Source: Bacillota bacterium (GTDB lineage Bacteria > Bacillota > Negativicutes > JBAXTZ01). Taken from it: 64,000 nt of DNA. Each line of letters starts with the position of its first letter. Within the stretch, counting starts at the first letter, position 1. The stretch lies in NCBI GenBank assembly GCA_037129925.1, contig JBAXTZ010000016.1:909-64908 (forward strand). Reading direction: 5' to 3'. Position numbers and translations under genes: made by a program. The notes below the pieces were generated by a model. It saw only the letters and a program-made list of their open reading frames with translations, was not told where the DNA came from and made no database searches. Below, in pieces: positions 1 to 8,235 of this stretch.

Positions 1-404
1 GACGTTTCGATACGGCATAAATCATTAAATGGATTGTTAACTCCATGAGGCTGAGCAAAAGTTTCTCGTTCAGGAAATTCATGGGGTAGTCCATATGTCT
101 TTACCCAACACAGTATATTGTGATGGCGTTCTTCAACAGATTCAGGTAAAGGAATCTGCGCAAAGCTTTCTGCGGGAATAGTTTCCGCATTGCTTATGTC
201 GTAGACCATCTTTCGGCTCTCTTTATCAACAACGAGTATCTTTGTCTTAGGGCTGCAATCTAACTGCTTAAAGATATATTTTCTTTTTTCCGAATCAGGC
301 TCGAGTTCAAGATATTTTTCTATGGTCAAAATTTGTATAGTCTTGTAAACCGGCCAATCATGGCGCGCGGTAGGTTGAACTATTTTTACGTTCTTCAAAA
401 TCAT
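1..404 (-). CDS. Hypothetical protein, runs off the left edge (partial)
   Basis: Manual translation: stop-free frame from ATG 404 (or TTG 398 behind GGAG), MILKNVKIVQPTARHDWPVYKTIQILTIEKYLELEPDSEKRK..., open to base 1. Not in the ORF track. Confidence 0.6.
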   Translation of the reverse strand, partial: MILKNVKIVQPTARHDWPVYKTIQILTIEKYLELEPDSEKRKYIFKQLDCSPKTKILVVDKESRKMVYDISNAETIPAESFAQIPLPESVEERHHNILCWVKTYGLPHEFPERETFAQPHGVNNPFNDLCRIET

Positions 405-580
405 CTCCAAATAAGGGCGCATTTAAGGGCTGTAAACGCCCTTTGTTTTATTATAACATATGAGAAAGCACCAAACAAAAATAAACTGATTAAGGAAGGT
501 GAAAAAACTTATGGAAGCCTATCACAAAGTCAAATCCGTGGTCAATGGAGCGTCGAGACAAAAAATTATTCGAGGTGAAA

Positions 581-1186
581 ATGTACAATGAACCGCGCTT
601 CAATTACGCTCAAGTTGACCCAGACACTGCAAATCTCTTGCGTTCAACCGCACATGAAATACAAAGCTCGCAGTGCAGAACTCGCGAGGCATTGGGCAAA
701 ACTCTAAAGAACGCAAAGAAAAGGTTGGCACAAACTGGTCACGTCTGTTTTGCACAGTGGGTATATCAGGAATGTTGTATGTCAGCTACAACGGCTAGAA
801 ACATGATTAGCGTTCATGAATTGATTGTGAACAATGTTCCCGATCGAGAACTTATCGAGATGCTCCCCGCGTCTCTTGCCTACGAAATCGCAAAACCTAC
901 AGCAGACCAAATATTAAAGGCTGCCGTCCTCAGCGGGGGCATAACGACGCACAGAGAGTACAAGAAGTTGGAAGCAGCTAAAATTAGAATAGCGCAAGAC
1001 GCTGCTGCCGCTAAAATGATGCTAAAAACTGCTGCGGCGGGTTTAACCAGATCCGAACGAGATCGTAGTGAATTTGAGGCGAAACAAAAGCAGGCGCAGC
1101 ACAACTTGTCCAAGTCCATTAAGGATAACGAACAGCTGCTGTGGAAGTTATTTCTTCTGACACACAAGAATTCCGTGTTAGCGTGA
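581..1186 (+). CDS. DUF3102-like phage protein
   Basis: Pattern EALGKTLKNAKKRL..GHVCFAQWV..ECCMSATTARNMISV. RBS GAGGTG precedes ATG 581 (ORF track starts at 545). Confidence 0.6.
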   Translation: MYNEPRFNYAQVDPDTANLLRSTAHEIQSSQCRTREALGKTLKNAKKRLAQTGHVCFAQWVYQECCMSATTARNMISVHELIVNNVPDRELIEMLPASLAYEIAKPTADQILKAAVLSGGITTHREYKKLEAAKIRIAQDAAAAKMMLKTAAAGLTRSERDRSEFEAKQKQAQHNLSKSIKDNEQLLWKLFLLTHKNSVLA

Positions 1187-1252
1187 CAATCTGCAACACT
1201 GACCAACTACGCATTGACAACAATCCCCCAATTAAAAGAAAGGAGACATACA

Positions 1253-1447
1253 ATGTCACGTTTTCTAAACGTTTCCGAGGCTGCAAAACTCCTCGGCGTA
1301 TCAACCCAGCACCTATACAACCTGTTGGCTCGCAAAAGTCCTGAACTAAAAGCTATCAAGCTTGGGCGCCGCTACCTACTGCCGGCAGACCAGTTCAACC
1401 CGGGAGGAAAGCCTGATGACACAGCCGAAGCAGAACAAATTCACTAG
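1253..1447 (+). CDS. Excisionase-like helix-turn-helix protein (HTH_17)
   Basis: FLNVSEAAKLLGVSTQHLYNLL..LKAIKLGRRYLLP; RBS AAGGAG before ATG 1253. Confidence 0.85.
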   Translation: MSRFLNVSEAAKLLGVSTQHLYNLLARKSPELKAIKLGRRYLLPADQFNPGGKPDDTAEAEQIH

Positions 1448-3587
1448 GGCCGCGCTCGAATACGTGCGAAAGGACATCCCAGTCTTTGCCTGCCACTCAA
1501 TCGAGAAAAGCGGCGAGTGCACATGTGGCAAACGTGAATGTAAGAGTCCCGGTAAGCACCCCGTTAAATGGGGTGGTTTCAGCAACGCCACTACTGATGA
1601 AGGAGAGATCGAAAAGGCATTTCCCTTCGTAGTTCCTCGCAACATCGGAATCGCTACCGGCTCAGCGGCAGGTTTCTTCGTTCTTGATGTTGATGTCAAA
1701 AGCAATGGGCTGGAAACTTTGGCCGCACAGGAAGCGGAACACGGACAACTGCCGATAACACCGACGGCAAAGACCGGTGGCGGTGGTAATCATTATTACT
1801 TCAAACAGATCCCTAGTCTACGCAACAGAACTGGTTTTTTACCCGGTCTCGATATTCGAGCGGAAGGCGGTTACGTTCTTGCCCCACCCAGCCGACATAA
1901 GTCGGGAAATTCGTATGAATGGCTGCCGGGAAAGTCAATACTTGAAATTCCTTTAGCAGAAGCGCCGATTTGGCTAGTCGAACTGATCATTTCAAAGGCC
2001 CGCGCCACTTCATCTCAAACCAATGGCAAAGTACCTGAAGGCGGCAGGCATGATAGCGTTATTCGCTACGCAGTCAAGCTGCATCATTCAGGAAAGTCTC
2101 CTGAGGACTTACTTGAAGAAGTAATCGCATATAACAACGAAAAATGTGAGCCGCCTCTCGAACCGGATGAAGTCGAACGCATCTGCAACGATGTAAGCGA
2201 ATATGAACGATGTTTTGCGCTAACGGACTCCGGCAACGCCGAACGCATTGAAGCATATCTGAGCGATGAACTGCGCTACAACGTTGATATCGATAAATGG
2301 CTTAATTGGACAAGTAGTCACTGGAATCACTGTCTGGATGCTATTGCAAGAGAAATGGTGTTGCCAATAATGCGCAACATTCCAAAGCAAGCTGCAGATG
2401 CCAGCGATAATATTCAGAAAGAGTTTGTCAGTTTTGCAAAAAAATCAGAATCGCTCCAAGCGCTCAAAAACTGCACTGAACTTGCAAAATCCAAGCAGAG
2501 GCTGCGAATAAGGAACAATGAACTAAACAGCGATAACTGGCTGTTCAACGTTAAGAATGGGACTGTTAATCTCAAAACCGGCGTATTCCAGAAGCACTGT
2601 CGCGACGATCTAATAACAAACCTTGCGAACGTTTTCTATGATCCGGACGCAAAAGCACCATTGTGGGAAAGCGTCGTCAATCGGTGTATGAATAACAACT
2701 TCGAACTTCTACGATTCCTTAAACAAGCGTTAGGTTACTCACTAACCAGCGAAACCGGCGAGCAAGCGTGCTTTATTATGGTCGGCAAAGGTGCTAACGG
2801 GAAATCATTAATTGCAGACACCATAATGAAACTGCTTGGCTCCTATGCTGTCTCGTGTCCCAGTCAGACACTAATGTCTCGCAAAGGCGATGCCGGAATT
2901 CCTAATGATATTGCTCGTCTCGATGGCGCGCGCTTTATTTTGGCACAGGAAGGTGATGAAAACGACAATATCTCAGAAGCCATTCTCAAAAGGCTAACTG
3001 GGGAGGACAAAATGACTGCTCGGTACCTCTATAAAGAATTTTTCGAGTTCTACAACCGTGGCAAGATTTTTCTTGCTAGTAATCATCTTCCCAAAATACG
3101 GGGTACTGACGAGGGAATCTGGCGCCGGATAAAGCTCATACCTTTTGAAGTTACAATTCCTGCCGCCGAACGTGATAAGCACCTGTCCAAGAAACTCGAA
3201 GCCGAATACTCCGGCATACTTAACTGGCTTATATCGGGACTCAACGATTGGGTGAAAAACGGATTGGTCGAGGCCGCCATCATGACAACCGAGATTAAAC
3301 AGTATATTTACGAATCCGACCCCGTCCGGCAGTTCATATCAGAAATGTGTTCTGAACACAGCGGAGGAAGAATTTCATTTCAAAATTTGTACTGTTGCTA
3401 CCGTGATTGGTGCAAAGAAAATGGGCACACGCCGTGCGGTTCAAGAAAACTCAACGACCGATTGAGGGATTTAGGGTTTAAAGGTTTGCGTAACGGCGCA
3501 AAAGGCCAACACAACTGGCAAAATCTATCAGTCGACACGATAAATGGTCTGGATTGCGGGATAACTATCTATACAAATACTGGCTAG
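1416..3587 (+). CDS. Bifunctional primase-polymerase / PriCT / D5_N / SF3 helicase (P4-family primase)
   Basis: N-terminal CTCG..C..PGKHP, NIGIATG, VLDVD, TGGGGNHYYF, DIRAEGGYVLAPPS (Prim-Pol); Walker A GKGANGKS; RGTDEGIWRR. RBS GGAGG before ATG 1416. Confidence 0.9.
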   Translation: MTQPKQNKFTRAALEYVRKDIPVFACHSIEKSGECTCGKRECKSPGKHPVKWGGFSNATTDEGEIEKAFPFVVPRNIGIATGSAAGFFVLDVDVKSNGLETLAAQEAEHGQLPITPTAKTGGGGNHYYFKQIPSLRNRTGFLPGLDIRAEGGYVLAPPSRHKSGNSYEWLPGKSILEIPLAEAPIWLVELIISKARATSSQTNGKVPEGGRHDSVIRYAVKLHHSGKSPEDLLEEVIAYNNEKCEPPLEPDEVERICNDVSEYERCFALTDSGNAERIEAYLSDELRYNVDIDKWLNWTSSHWNHCLDAIAREMVLPIMRNIPKQAADASDNIQKEFVSFAKKSESLQALKNCTELAKSKQRLRIRNNELNSDNWLFNVKNGTVNLKTGVFQKHCRDDLITNLANVFYDPDAKAPLWESVVNRCMNNNFELLRFLKQALGYSLTSETGEQACFIMVGKGANGKSLIADTIMKLLGSYAVSCPSQTLMSRKGDAGIPNDIARLDGARFILAQEGDENDNISEAILKRLTGEDKMTARYLYKEFFEFYNRGKIFLASNHLPKIRGTDEGIWRRIKLIPFEVTIPAAERDKHLSKKLEAEYSGILNWLISGLNDWVKNGLVEAAIMTTEIKQYIYESDPVRQFISEMCSEHSGGRISFQNLYCCYRDWCKENGHTPCGSRKLNDRLRDLGFKGLRNGAKGQHNWQNLSVDTINGLDCGITIYTNTG

Positions 3588-3603
3588 GAGCTATCAAAGG
3601 GTA

Positions 3604-3664
3604 ATAGCGCCTCTGTAATTGTTATAAGACTTAAGAGACAAGTTAATAATTATGGAGGCGCTAT
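3604..3664 (+). promoter_or_regulatory. Long hairpin sequestering the integrase Shine-Dalgarno
   Basis: ATAGCGCCTCTGTAATTGT pairs with ATAATTATGGAGGCGCTAT (19 bp with 3 G-U), ending at the base before the ATG. Confidence 0.6.
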
Positions 3665-4864
3665 ATGTCCAAAAAAAGCTTCGGAACAGTGGTTGCTTTG
3701 AAGGGTTACAAATACTTCAAAATAACCTTCATCGACCGAAACACAGAAAAGCTCGAACGGAAATATTTCCGCATTGATCCCAAAACGAAACAGCCGCAAA
3801 AGGCTGCTGAAAAAGAGGCGAGAAAATGGTTTGAAGACTACGAACGAGGAATCAGAACCAACACCGACATCACGCTTGAAGCGTGGCTTACCCAATGGCT
3901 TGAAACCTACTGTCAGCCACAACGAGCAGATGGCAGCGGTGGTTCCGTTACCCAAAAAACTTACGAAGGTTACAAATTTCACGTCCAGTACATCAACAAA
4001 TATTTAGGGAGCCACAAATTGCACACCTTAACCGATCTCACAATCTCCAAATTCTTTAACATGTTAAGCATACAACCGGGGCTTGGAAGAAGCGGAACAG
4101 GTCTGTCGATGAAAAGCATCAAAAATATGCGGCGCACATTGATTACGGCGCTCAACAGGGCTGTTAGGTCAGGCTACATCTTAAAAAACCCAGCGCAAGA
4201 CACTAAAACACCGTCAGGTGAAGCAAATGCTGAAGAAAAAGTCTTTGCGTTTAGCGAGGAACAGCTACTCAAATTACTTGGTTTGGCTGAGCTTAAAGGC
4301 GGCATAACGCACATTGCGGTTTACATTGCAGCAGCAACAGGAATGCGCATTGGTGAAGTTTTCGGGTTACGCTGGCAATGTGTTGATTTTACCGATAAGA
4401 CAATCTTTGTAAACCGCTCGGCCGCTTGCACTAAAGAATACGGGATGATGCTTAAAACCACAAAAACGGGAAACTCCCGAAAGATTGAAGTCGACGACAA
4501 GTTGCTGACTAAGCTGATGCAATGGAAACTCCAGCAGATCGAGCACAAAAACATGCTTGGCGAACTGTACGAAGATAAAGATTTAGTAATCGCAAACGAA
4601 TATGGCCGTCTGATGGATACAAACAACTTCTCTGCCAGAAACTACCGTACTCTTCTAAGCGAGCTAGGCCTTGATGGCTTCAATTTCCATAGTCTGCGCC
4701 ATACTCACGCAAGCATATTAATCAAAAGAGGGATAGCGATCAACACCGTTTCCCGAAGGCTCGGTCATTCTAACCCGTCAACGACGCTGGGAATATATGC
4801 CCATCTATTACCAGACTCACAAAGCAAAGCCGTGGCGGTTATGTCAGATGTCTATGGCAGCTAA
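3665..4864 (+). CDS. int: Tyrosine recombinase/integrase
   Basis: TGMRIGEVFGLRW, FHSLRHTHAS, RLGHSNPSTTLGIYAH catalytic motifs; N-terminal arm-binding/SAM-like region. Confidence 0.95.
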   Translation: MSKKSFGTVVALKGYKYFKITFIDRNTEKLERKYFRIDPKTKQPQKAAEKEARKWFEDYERGIRTNTDITLEAWLTQWLETYCQPQRADGSGGSVTQKTYEGYKFHVQYINKYLGSHKLHTLTDLTISKFFNMLSIQPGLGRSGTGLSMKSIKNMRRTLITALNRAVRSGYILKNPAQDTKTPSGEANAEEKVFAFSEEQLLKLLGLAELKGGITHIAVYIAAATGMRIGEVFGLRWQCVDFTDKTIFVNRSAACTKEYGMMLKTTKTGNSRKIEVDDKLLTKLMQWKLQQIEHKNMLGELYEDKDLVIANEYGRLMDTNNFSARNYRTLLSELGLDGFNFHSLRHTHASILIKRGIAINTVSRRLGHSNPSTTLGIYAHLLPDSQSKAVAVMSDVYGS

Positions 4865-4890
4865 AACATCATATCGTTGCCCAACGGGCA

Positions 4891-5334
4891 ATGGAAAGGA
4901 CTATCAAAGTGAATAACAGCTCAGACAAAGAATTAGGTACATGTCCAATCTGCGGACGTGGCTATAATGGCGGCAAACTCGATCACGATCGCCCGTGCAG
5001 TAATTACCAAGCAGCTTGCAAACACTTCGATGTAACTCCCCTACGATTAGACAGCCTCGAAGCAATTAAGTTACGTGCGTGGTGTACATATAGTGATGAA
5101 TCGTTACCGCTTGACAAACGATCTGAAGCCGTTCTAAATACTCTTAGCACCTACTTTTATCAGAGCTTGTTTGGCTCATTTAGGAGCAAAAGAAAACCTC
5201 GGTATGACGGCCATCCCAACGCTAAAGAGTACATTGCCGAGTTACTGCGCCAGAATAGTATGTTTGGGCGCTTTCCTAAAGAAGTCGTCCAACGGCTTCG
5301 GCAGCAATACGGCATTGAACCCAATACTGTGTAG
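4891..5334 (+). CDS. Hypothetical protein (CxxC, possible Zn ribbon)
   Basis: 147-aa ORF with CPICG..H..C, followed by a terminator. Confidence 0.6.
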   Translation: MERTIKVNNSSDKELGTCPICGRGYNGGKLDHDRPCSNYQAACKHFDVTPLRLDSLEAIKLRAWCTYSDESLPLDKRSEAVLNTLSTYFYQSLFGSFRSKRKPRYDGHPNAKEYIAELLRQNSMFGRFPKEVVQRLRQQYGIEPNTV

Positions 5335-5371
5335 AAAAAGACTACATACCAGACAATGTTGTCGCACCAAT

Positions 5372-5411
5372 AAAAGGGCTCTGCTAATGATCGGCAGAGC
5401 CTTCTTTTTTT
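5372..5411 (+). terminator. Intrinsic terminator
   Basis: GGCTCTGC/GCAGAGCC stem followed by a T-run. Confidence 0.75.
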
Positions 5412-5483
5412 GGTTAAAGTATAACTTTGAGTATAACTATCAAAAAAGGGCTCCCGGCGTAAACCGAAAACCCTTGTAATTAC

Positions 5484-5560
5484 TGGCCTGCCCGGCAGGA
5501 TTCGAACCTGCGACCTACTGGTTCGAAGCCAGCCACTCTATCCAGCTGAGCTACGGGCAG
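5484..5560 (-). tRNA. tRNA-Arg (anticodon TCG)
   Basis: 77-nt cloverleaf: acceptor CTGCCCG/CGGGCAG, anticodon loop CTTCGAA, GGTTCGAATCC T-arm, encoded CCA. Confidence 0.97.
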
Positions 5561-5584
5561 ATTTGGTTGCGTTGTGTCTTGCGT

Positions 5585-5613
5585 ATTATATTACGCTACG
5601 GCGGGCTTGTCAA
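5585..5613 (-). promoter_or_regulatory. Consensus SigA/sigma70 promoter of the tRNA
   Basis: TTGACA-17 bp-TATAAT, exact consensus. Confidence 0.9.
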
Positions 5614-5673
5614 TTCATTTCGCAACATTGCCGATGTTTTTATAAGCGAACTTCTTTTTGGTTGTTTGAGAAA

Positions 5674-5689
5674 TGTTTCACGTGAAGCA
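5674..5689. promoter_or_regulatory. parS-like site
   Basis: TGTTTCACGTGAAGCA, one mismatch to TGTTTCACGTGAAACA; intergenic. Confidence 0.7.
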
Positions 5690-5800
5690 TTTTCTAAACA
5701 ACCTGTTGAAAGTTGTTAGAATATTTTCACAGTTTTTGCAGGAATTTGACCATGGCAGGGCGAAACAATACGGTAACATTCAATATTTTACGGAGGTTTT

Positions 5801-6880
5801 ATGATCTGGAAGAAAAGAATCAAATGGTTAAAGACCCTGACCGAGGCCAGCGGCGTTACCGGCGACGAAGGCGAGATTAAAAAGTTACTGGTCGAGCGGC
5901 TGTCCGGCAAAGCCAGCATCAGCTACGACAAGCTCGGCAGCGTGATTTTTGAAAAGGTTGGCGCTCCAACCGGTCCGCGAATTATGCTGGCGGCACATAT
6001 GGACGAGATCGGTTTTTTCGTCAAACATATCACCAAGGAAGGTTTTATCAAATTCGGGCAGCTGGGCGGCTGGCCGGACCAGGTACTGTTGTCGCAGCGC
6101 GTGGAGATTTTGAGCAATAGTGGCCGCCATCTTGGCGTTATCGGCAGTATGCCGCCGCATCTCATGGATGCCGAACAGCGCAAGAAACTGGTCGAGAAAA
6201 AAGATATGTACATCGACATCGGCGCTATTGACGAGCAGCAGGTCAAGGCGCTGGGCATCCGTCCCGGCGATCCGATTGTGCCGGTTTCCGAATTTAAAGT
6301 CATGGGTAACGAAAAACTGCTGCTGGCTAAAGCCTGGGACGACCGGGTGGGTTGCGCGATCATGGTTGACGTGATCGAGGCATTGCAAACCATTGATCAC
6401 CCCAATACGGTATTCGGGGTTGGCACTGTCCAGGAAGAGGTCGGCTTGCGCGGCGCCCGTACCGCAGTTAACGCTGTCAAGCCCGATTTGGCGATTATCG
6501 TCGATGTCGGCATCAACGGCGACACGCCGGGGGTCACGCCGGAAAAGAGCGCAGTTGGTTTGGGTAAAGGCCCGGCGATAACCGTGTATGATACCAGCAT
6601 GGTTCCGCATCGCCGCTTTAAGGATTTCATCTTTGAACTGGCTGAAAAGCACAACATCCCCTTCCAATATTCAGTAGTAGAAGCCGGCGGCACCGATGCC
6701 GGGGCCATCCACCTGTCGGATACCGGCGTACCCAGCATCGCCATTTCGATGCCGGCACGCTATATCCACAGCCATAATGGTCTGATTCACACCGACGATT
6801 ACGACAACACGCTCAAGCTAATTACCCTGTTGATTCAGGAACTGACCAGCGAGTGCTATCGGGAAATAATCGAAAACTAA
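5801..6880 (+). CDS. M42 family metallo-aminopeptidase
   Basis: AAHMDEIG, AKAWDDRVG, TVQEEVGLRGA, GGTDAG, RYIHS. Confidence 0.95.
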   Translation: MIWKKRIKWLKTLTEASGVTGDEGEIKKLLVERLSGKASISYDKLGSVIFEKVGAPTGPRIMLAAHMDEIGFFVKHITKEGFIKFGQLGGWPDQVLLSQRVEILSNSGRHLGVIGSMPPHLMDAEQRKKLVEKKDMYIDIGAIDEQQVKALGIRPGDPIVPVSEFKVMGNEKLLLAKAWDDRVGCAIMVDVIEALQTIDHPNTVFGVGTVQEEVGLRGARTAVNAVKPDLAIIVDVGINGDTPGVTPEKSAVGLGKGPAITVYDTSMVPHRRFKDFIFELAEKHNIPFQYSVVEAGGTDAGAIHLSDTGVPSIAISMPARYIHSHNGLIHTDDYDNTLKLITLLIQELTSECYREIIEN

Positions 6881-6890
6881 ACTAACCAAC

Positions 6891-6939
6891 AAAAACCGGC
6901 TGCTAAGAAACTTTTAGTTTCCCCGCAGCCGGTTTTTTT
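6891..6939. terminator. Bidirectional terminator
   Basis: AAAAACCGGCTGC...GCAGCCGGTTTTTTT between convergent genes. Confidence 0.75.
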
Positions 6940-7345
6940 ACTCAATATCCAATTTCAACATTTCGCTGATTTTCTTTACAAATTCAGTTGCAGCTAACAC
7001 TTGCGCTTCAGCGGCGGCGATAGACAGTACAAAAAAATCGTTATAATCAGTTTCCATTCGAACATGAAAAGCCGATGTAAGAATCATGTGATATTTTTTC
7101 TCAACTATCCCAGTACCAACAAATTGCTTATGAAAGAAACCAATGATTGTCGAATGCCTTTTTGAATCGAATCGTTCCAAAGCTAACAATGCTCGCACTG
7201 CGTGAAATATCGCATAATACGACCGGTTAACGGCATTAGAATAGCGCTTATTGTCAACCGCGTTTTGAGCATCTAACAGACATTCCTCGGCTTTAGCTAA
7301 ACGATATAACGCCAGCGTTTTTTCAACCTCATGCTGCGATTGCAT
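6938..7345 (-). CDS. HEPN domain protein
   Basis: AEECLLDA, AVNRSYYAIFHAVRALL, R-x3-DY (RMETDY); overlaps the MNT gene. Confidence 0.85.
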   Translation of the reverse strand: MQSQHEVEKTLALYRLAKAEECLLDAQNAVDNKRYSNAVNRSYYAIFHAVRALLALERFDSKRHSTIIGFFHKQFVGTGIVEKKYHMILTSAFHVRMETDYNDFFVLSIAAAEAQVLAATEFVKKISEMLKLDIE

Positions 7346-7673
7346 AATGTTTGCCTTCGGTATTAACGTTCTTGTAAAAGGGGAGATGTTCAGACCACTG
7401 CTCAAAATGCTGTTTGTTTTTGGCAACAATCGCTAAAAACACCTCATAGCGCTCTTGAATATCACAAGATAATTCAACCAACTTAGTGTGCAACTTTTCA
7501 ATTTCGTAGTCATCGTTTTTCACGAGTAGCATGACATCAAAATCCGACTCACTGTTATAGTCGCCACGCGCGTATGAGCCATATATTATGACTTCACAAA
7601 GTGAATCGCCAAATATTTTTTCAGACTGCTCGATAATTTCTTCTACTAAACTGGCGATTTTTTCTTTATTCAT
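7329..7673 (-). CDS. Minimal nucleotidyltransferase (MNT antitoxin-like)
   Basis: IIYGSYARGDYNSESDFDV (GS-x10-DxD). Start uncertain (7673-7691). Confidence 0.88.
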   Translation of the reverse strand: MNKEKIASLVEEIIEQSEKIFGDSLCEVIIYGSYARGDYNSESDFDVMLLVKNDDYEIEKLHTKLVELSCDIQERYEVFLAIVAKNKQHFEQWSEHLPFYKNVNTEGKHYAIAA

Positions 7674-7785
7674 ACACTCCATCGCTTTCAATCATTGCCA
7701 ACATAAACTTCGTCCAACTATATGGTCAGTCGTTTATTTCGACCATATCATCATCATTTTAACACAATTAATTTTCAATTACAGC

Positions 7786-8106
7786 TTAAATACTCGCCGG
7801 AATCGCCACCCAGAATATTTCCAGTTCGCCAACGGCCTCGCGGATTGCCTCTTTGATTCGTTCGCCGGAGTAGTAGGTTTTATAGATGGTCGCGTATCTA
7901 TCGGTGTAAACAAGAATCTCAACCGCGAATTTTTCGTTCTTGAGTTCTATCCAGCGAATCTTATAGGACATAAGATCGTCCTTTTGCCGCTGGAGGATTT
8001 CTTTGATTACTTCTTCAATCGCCTCGTGGCTGCACTTCTTTTTTCGAAAAAACATCTGTTTCCTTTCCATAGTAGCCAGAGTTGCCAAGGTTGCCACAGT
8101 AGCCAT
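7786..8106 (-). CDS. Hypothetical protein
   Basis: 106-aa ORF in the sense of its neighbours; no recognisable motif; start uncertain. Confidence 0.45.
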   Translation of the reverse strand: MATVATLATLATMERKQMFFRKKKCSHEAIEEVIKEILQRQKDDLMSYKIRWIELKNEKFAVEILVYTDRYATIYKTYYSGERIKEAIREAVGELEIFWVAIPASI

Positions 8107-8142
8107 GGTAGCACTATTTCTCTATTAGCTTTTCACCTTTAA

Positions 8143-8235
8143 CCATTCACCACTCTAGCTTGCAACTTTTCACTACTCGCGTTTTCACTACTGCGCCCTT
8201 TCACTACCCGCATTTTCACCATTCACCGCCAACCA
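8143..8235. repeat. Intergenic tandem ~15-16-nt repeats (TTTCACTACNGC family)
   Basis: ttttcactactcgcg/ttttcactactgcgcc/ctttcactacccgca/ttttcaccattcaccgcc; same family at 9292, 31483, 52833, 54011. Confidence 0.7.

Larger units (their letters stand above)
1..5484. mobile_element. Right part of an integrative element (phage satellite/PICI-like or primase-type IME) at the tRNA-Arg 3' end
   Basis: DUF3102-like gene, excisionase HTH, Prim-Pol/D5 helicase and tyrosine integrase directly abut the tRNA 3' end. The left boundary is outside the window. Confidence 0.8.

Noticed and set aside
511-591. 26-aa ORF MEAYHKVKSVVNGASRQKIIRGENVQ with a good RBS
   Set aside because: Could be a coupling peptide, but it is too short and featureless to support.
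5885-6667. Long antisense ORFs (also 8407-9186, 9548-10261, 17021-17692, 31774-32409, 36719-37351, 50603-51220 and those within the invasin)
   Set aside because: Shadow frames opposite well-supported genes, with no motifs or RBS.
7588-8142. 184-aa plus-strand ORF
   Set aside because: Antisense to MNT and the neighbouring ORF, spans a promoter-like region, no recognisable features.
8143-8235. Tandem repeats as a possible CRISPR array
   Set aside because: Units are about 15-16 nt, degenerate and have no unique spacers; no cas genes in the window.
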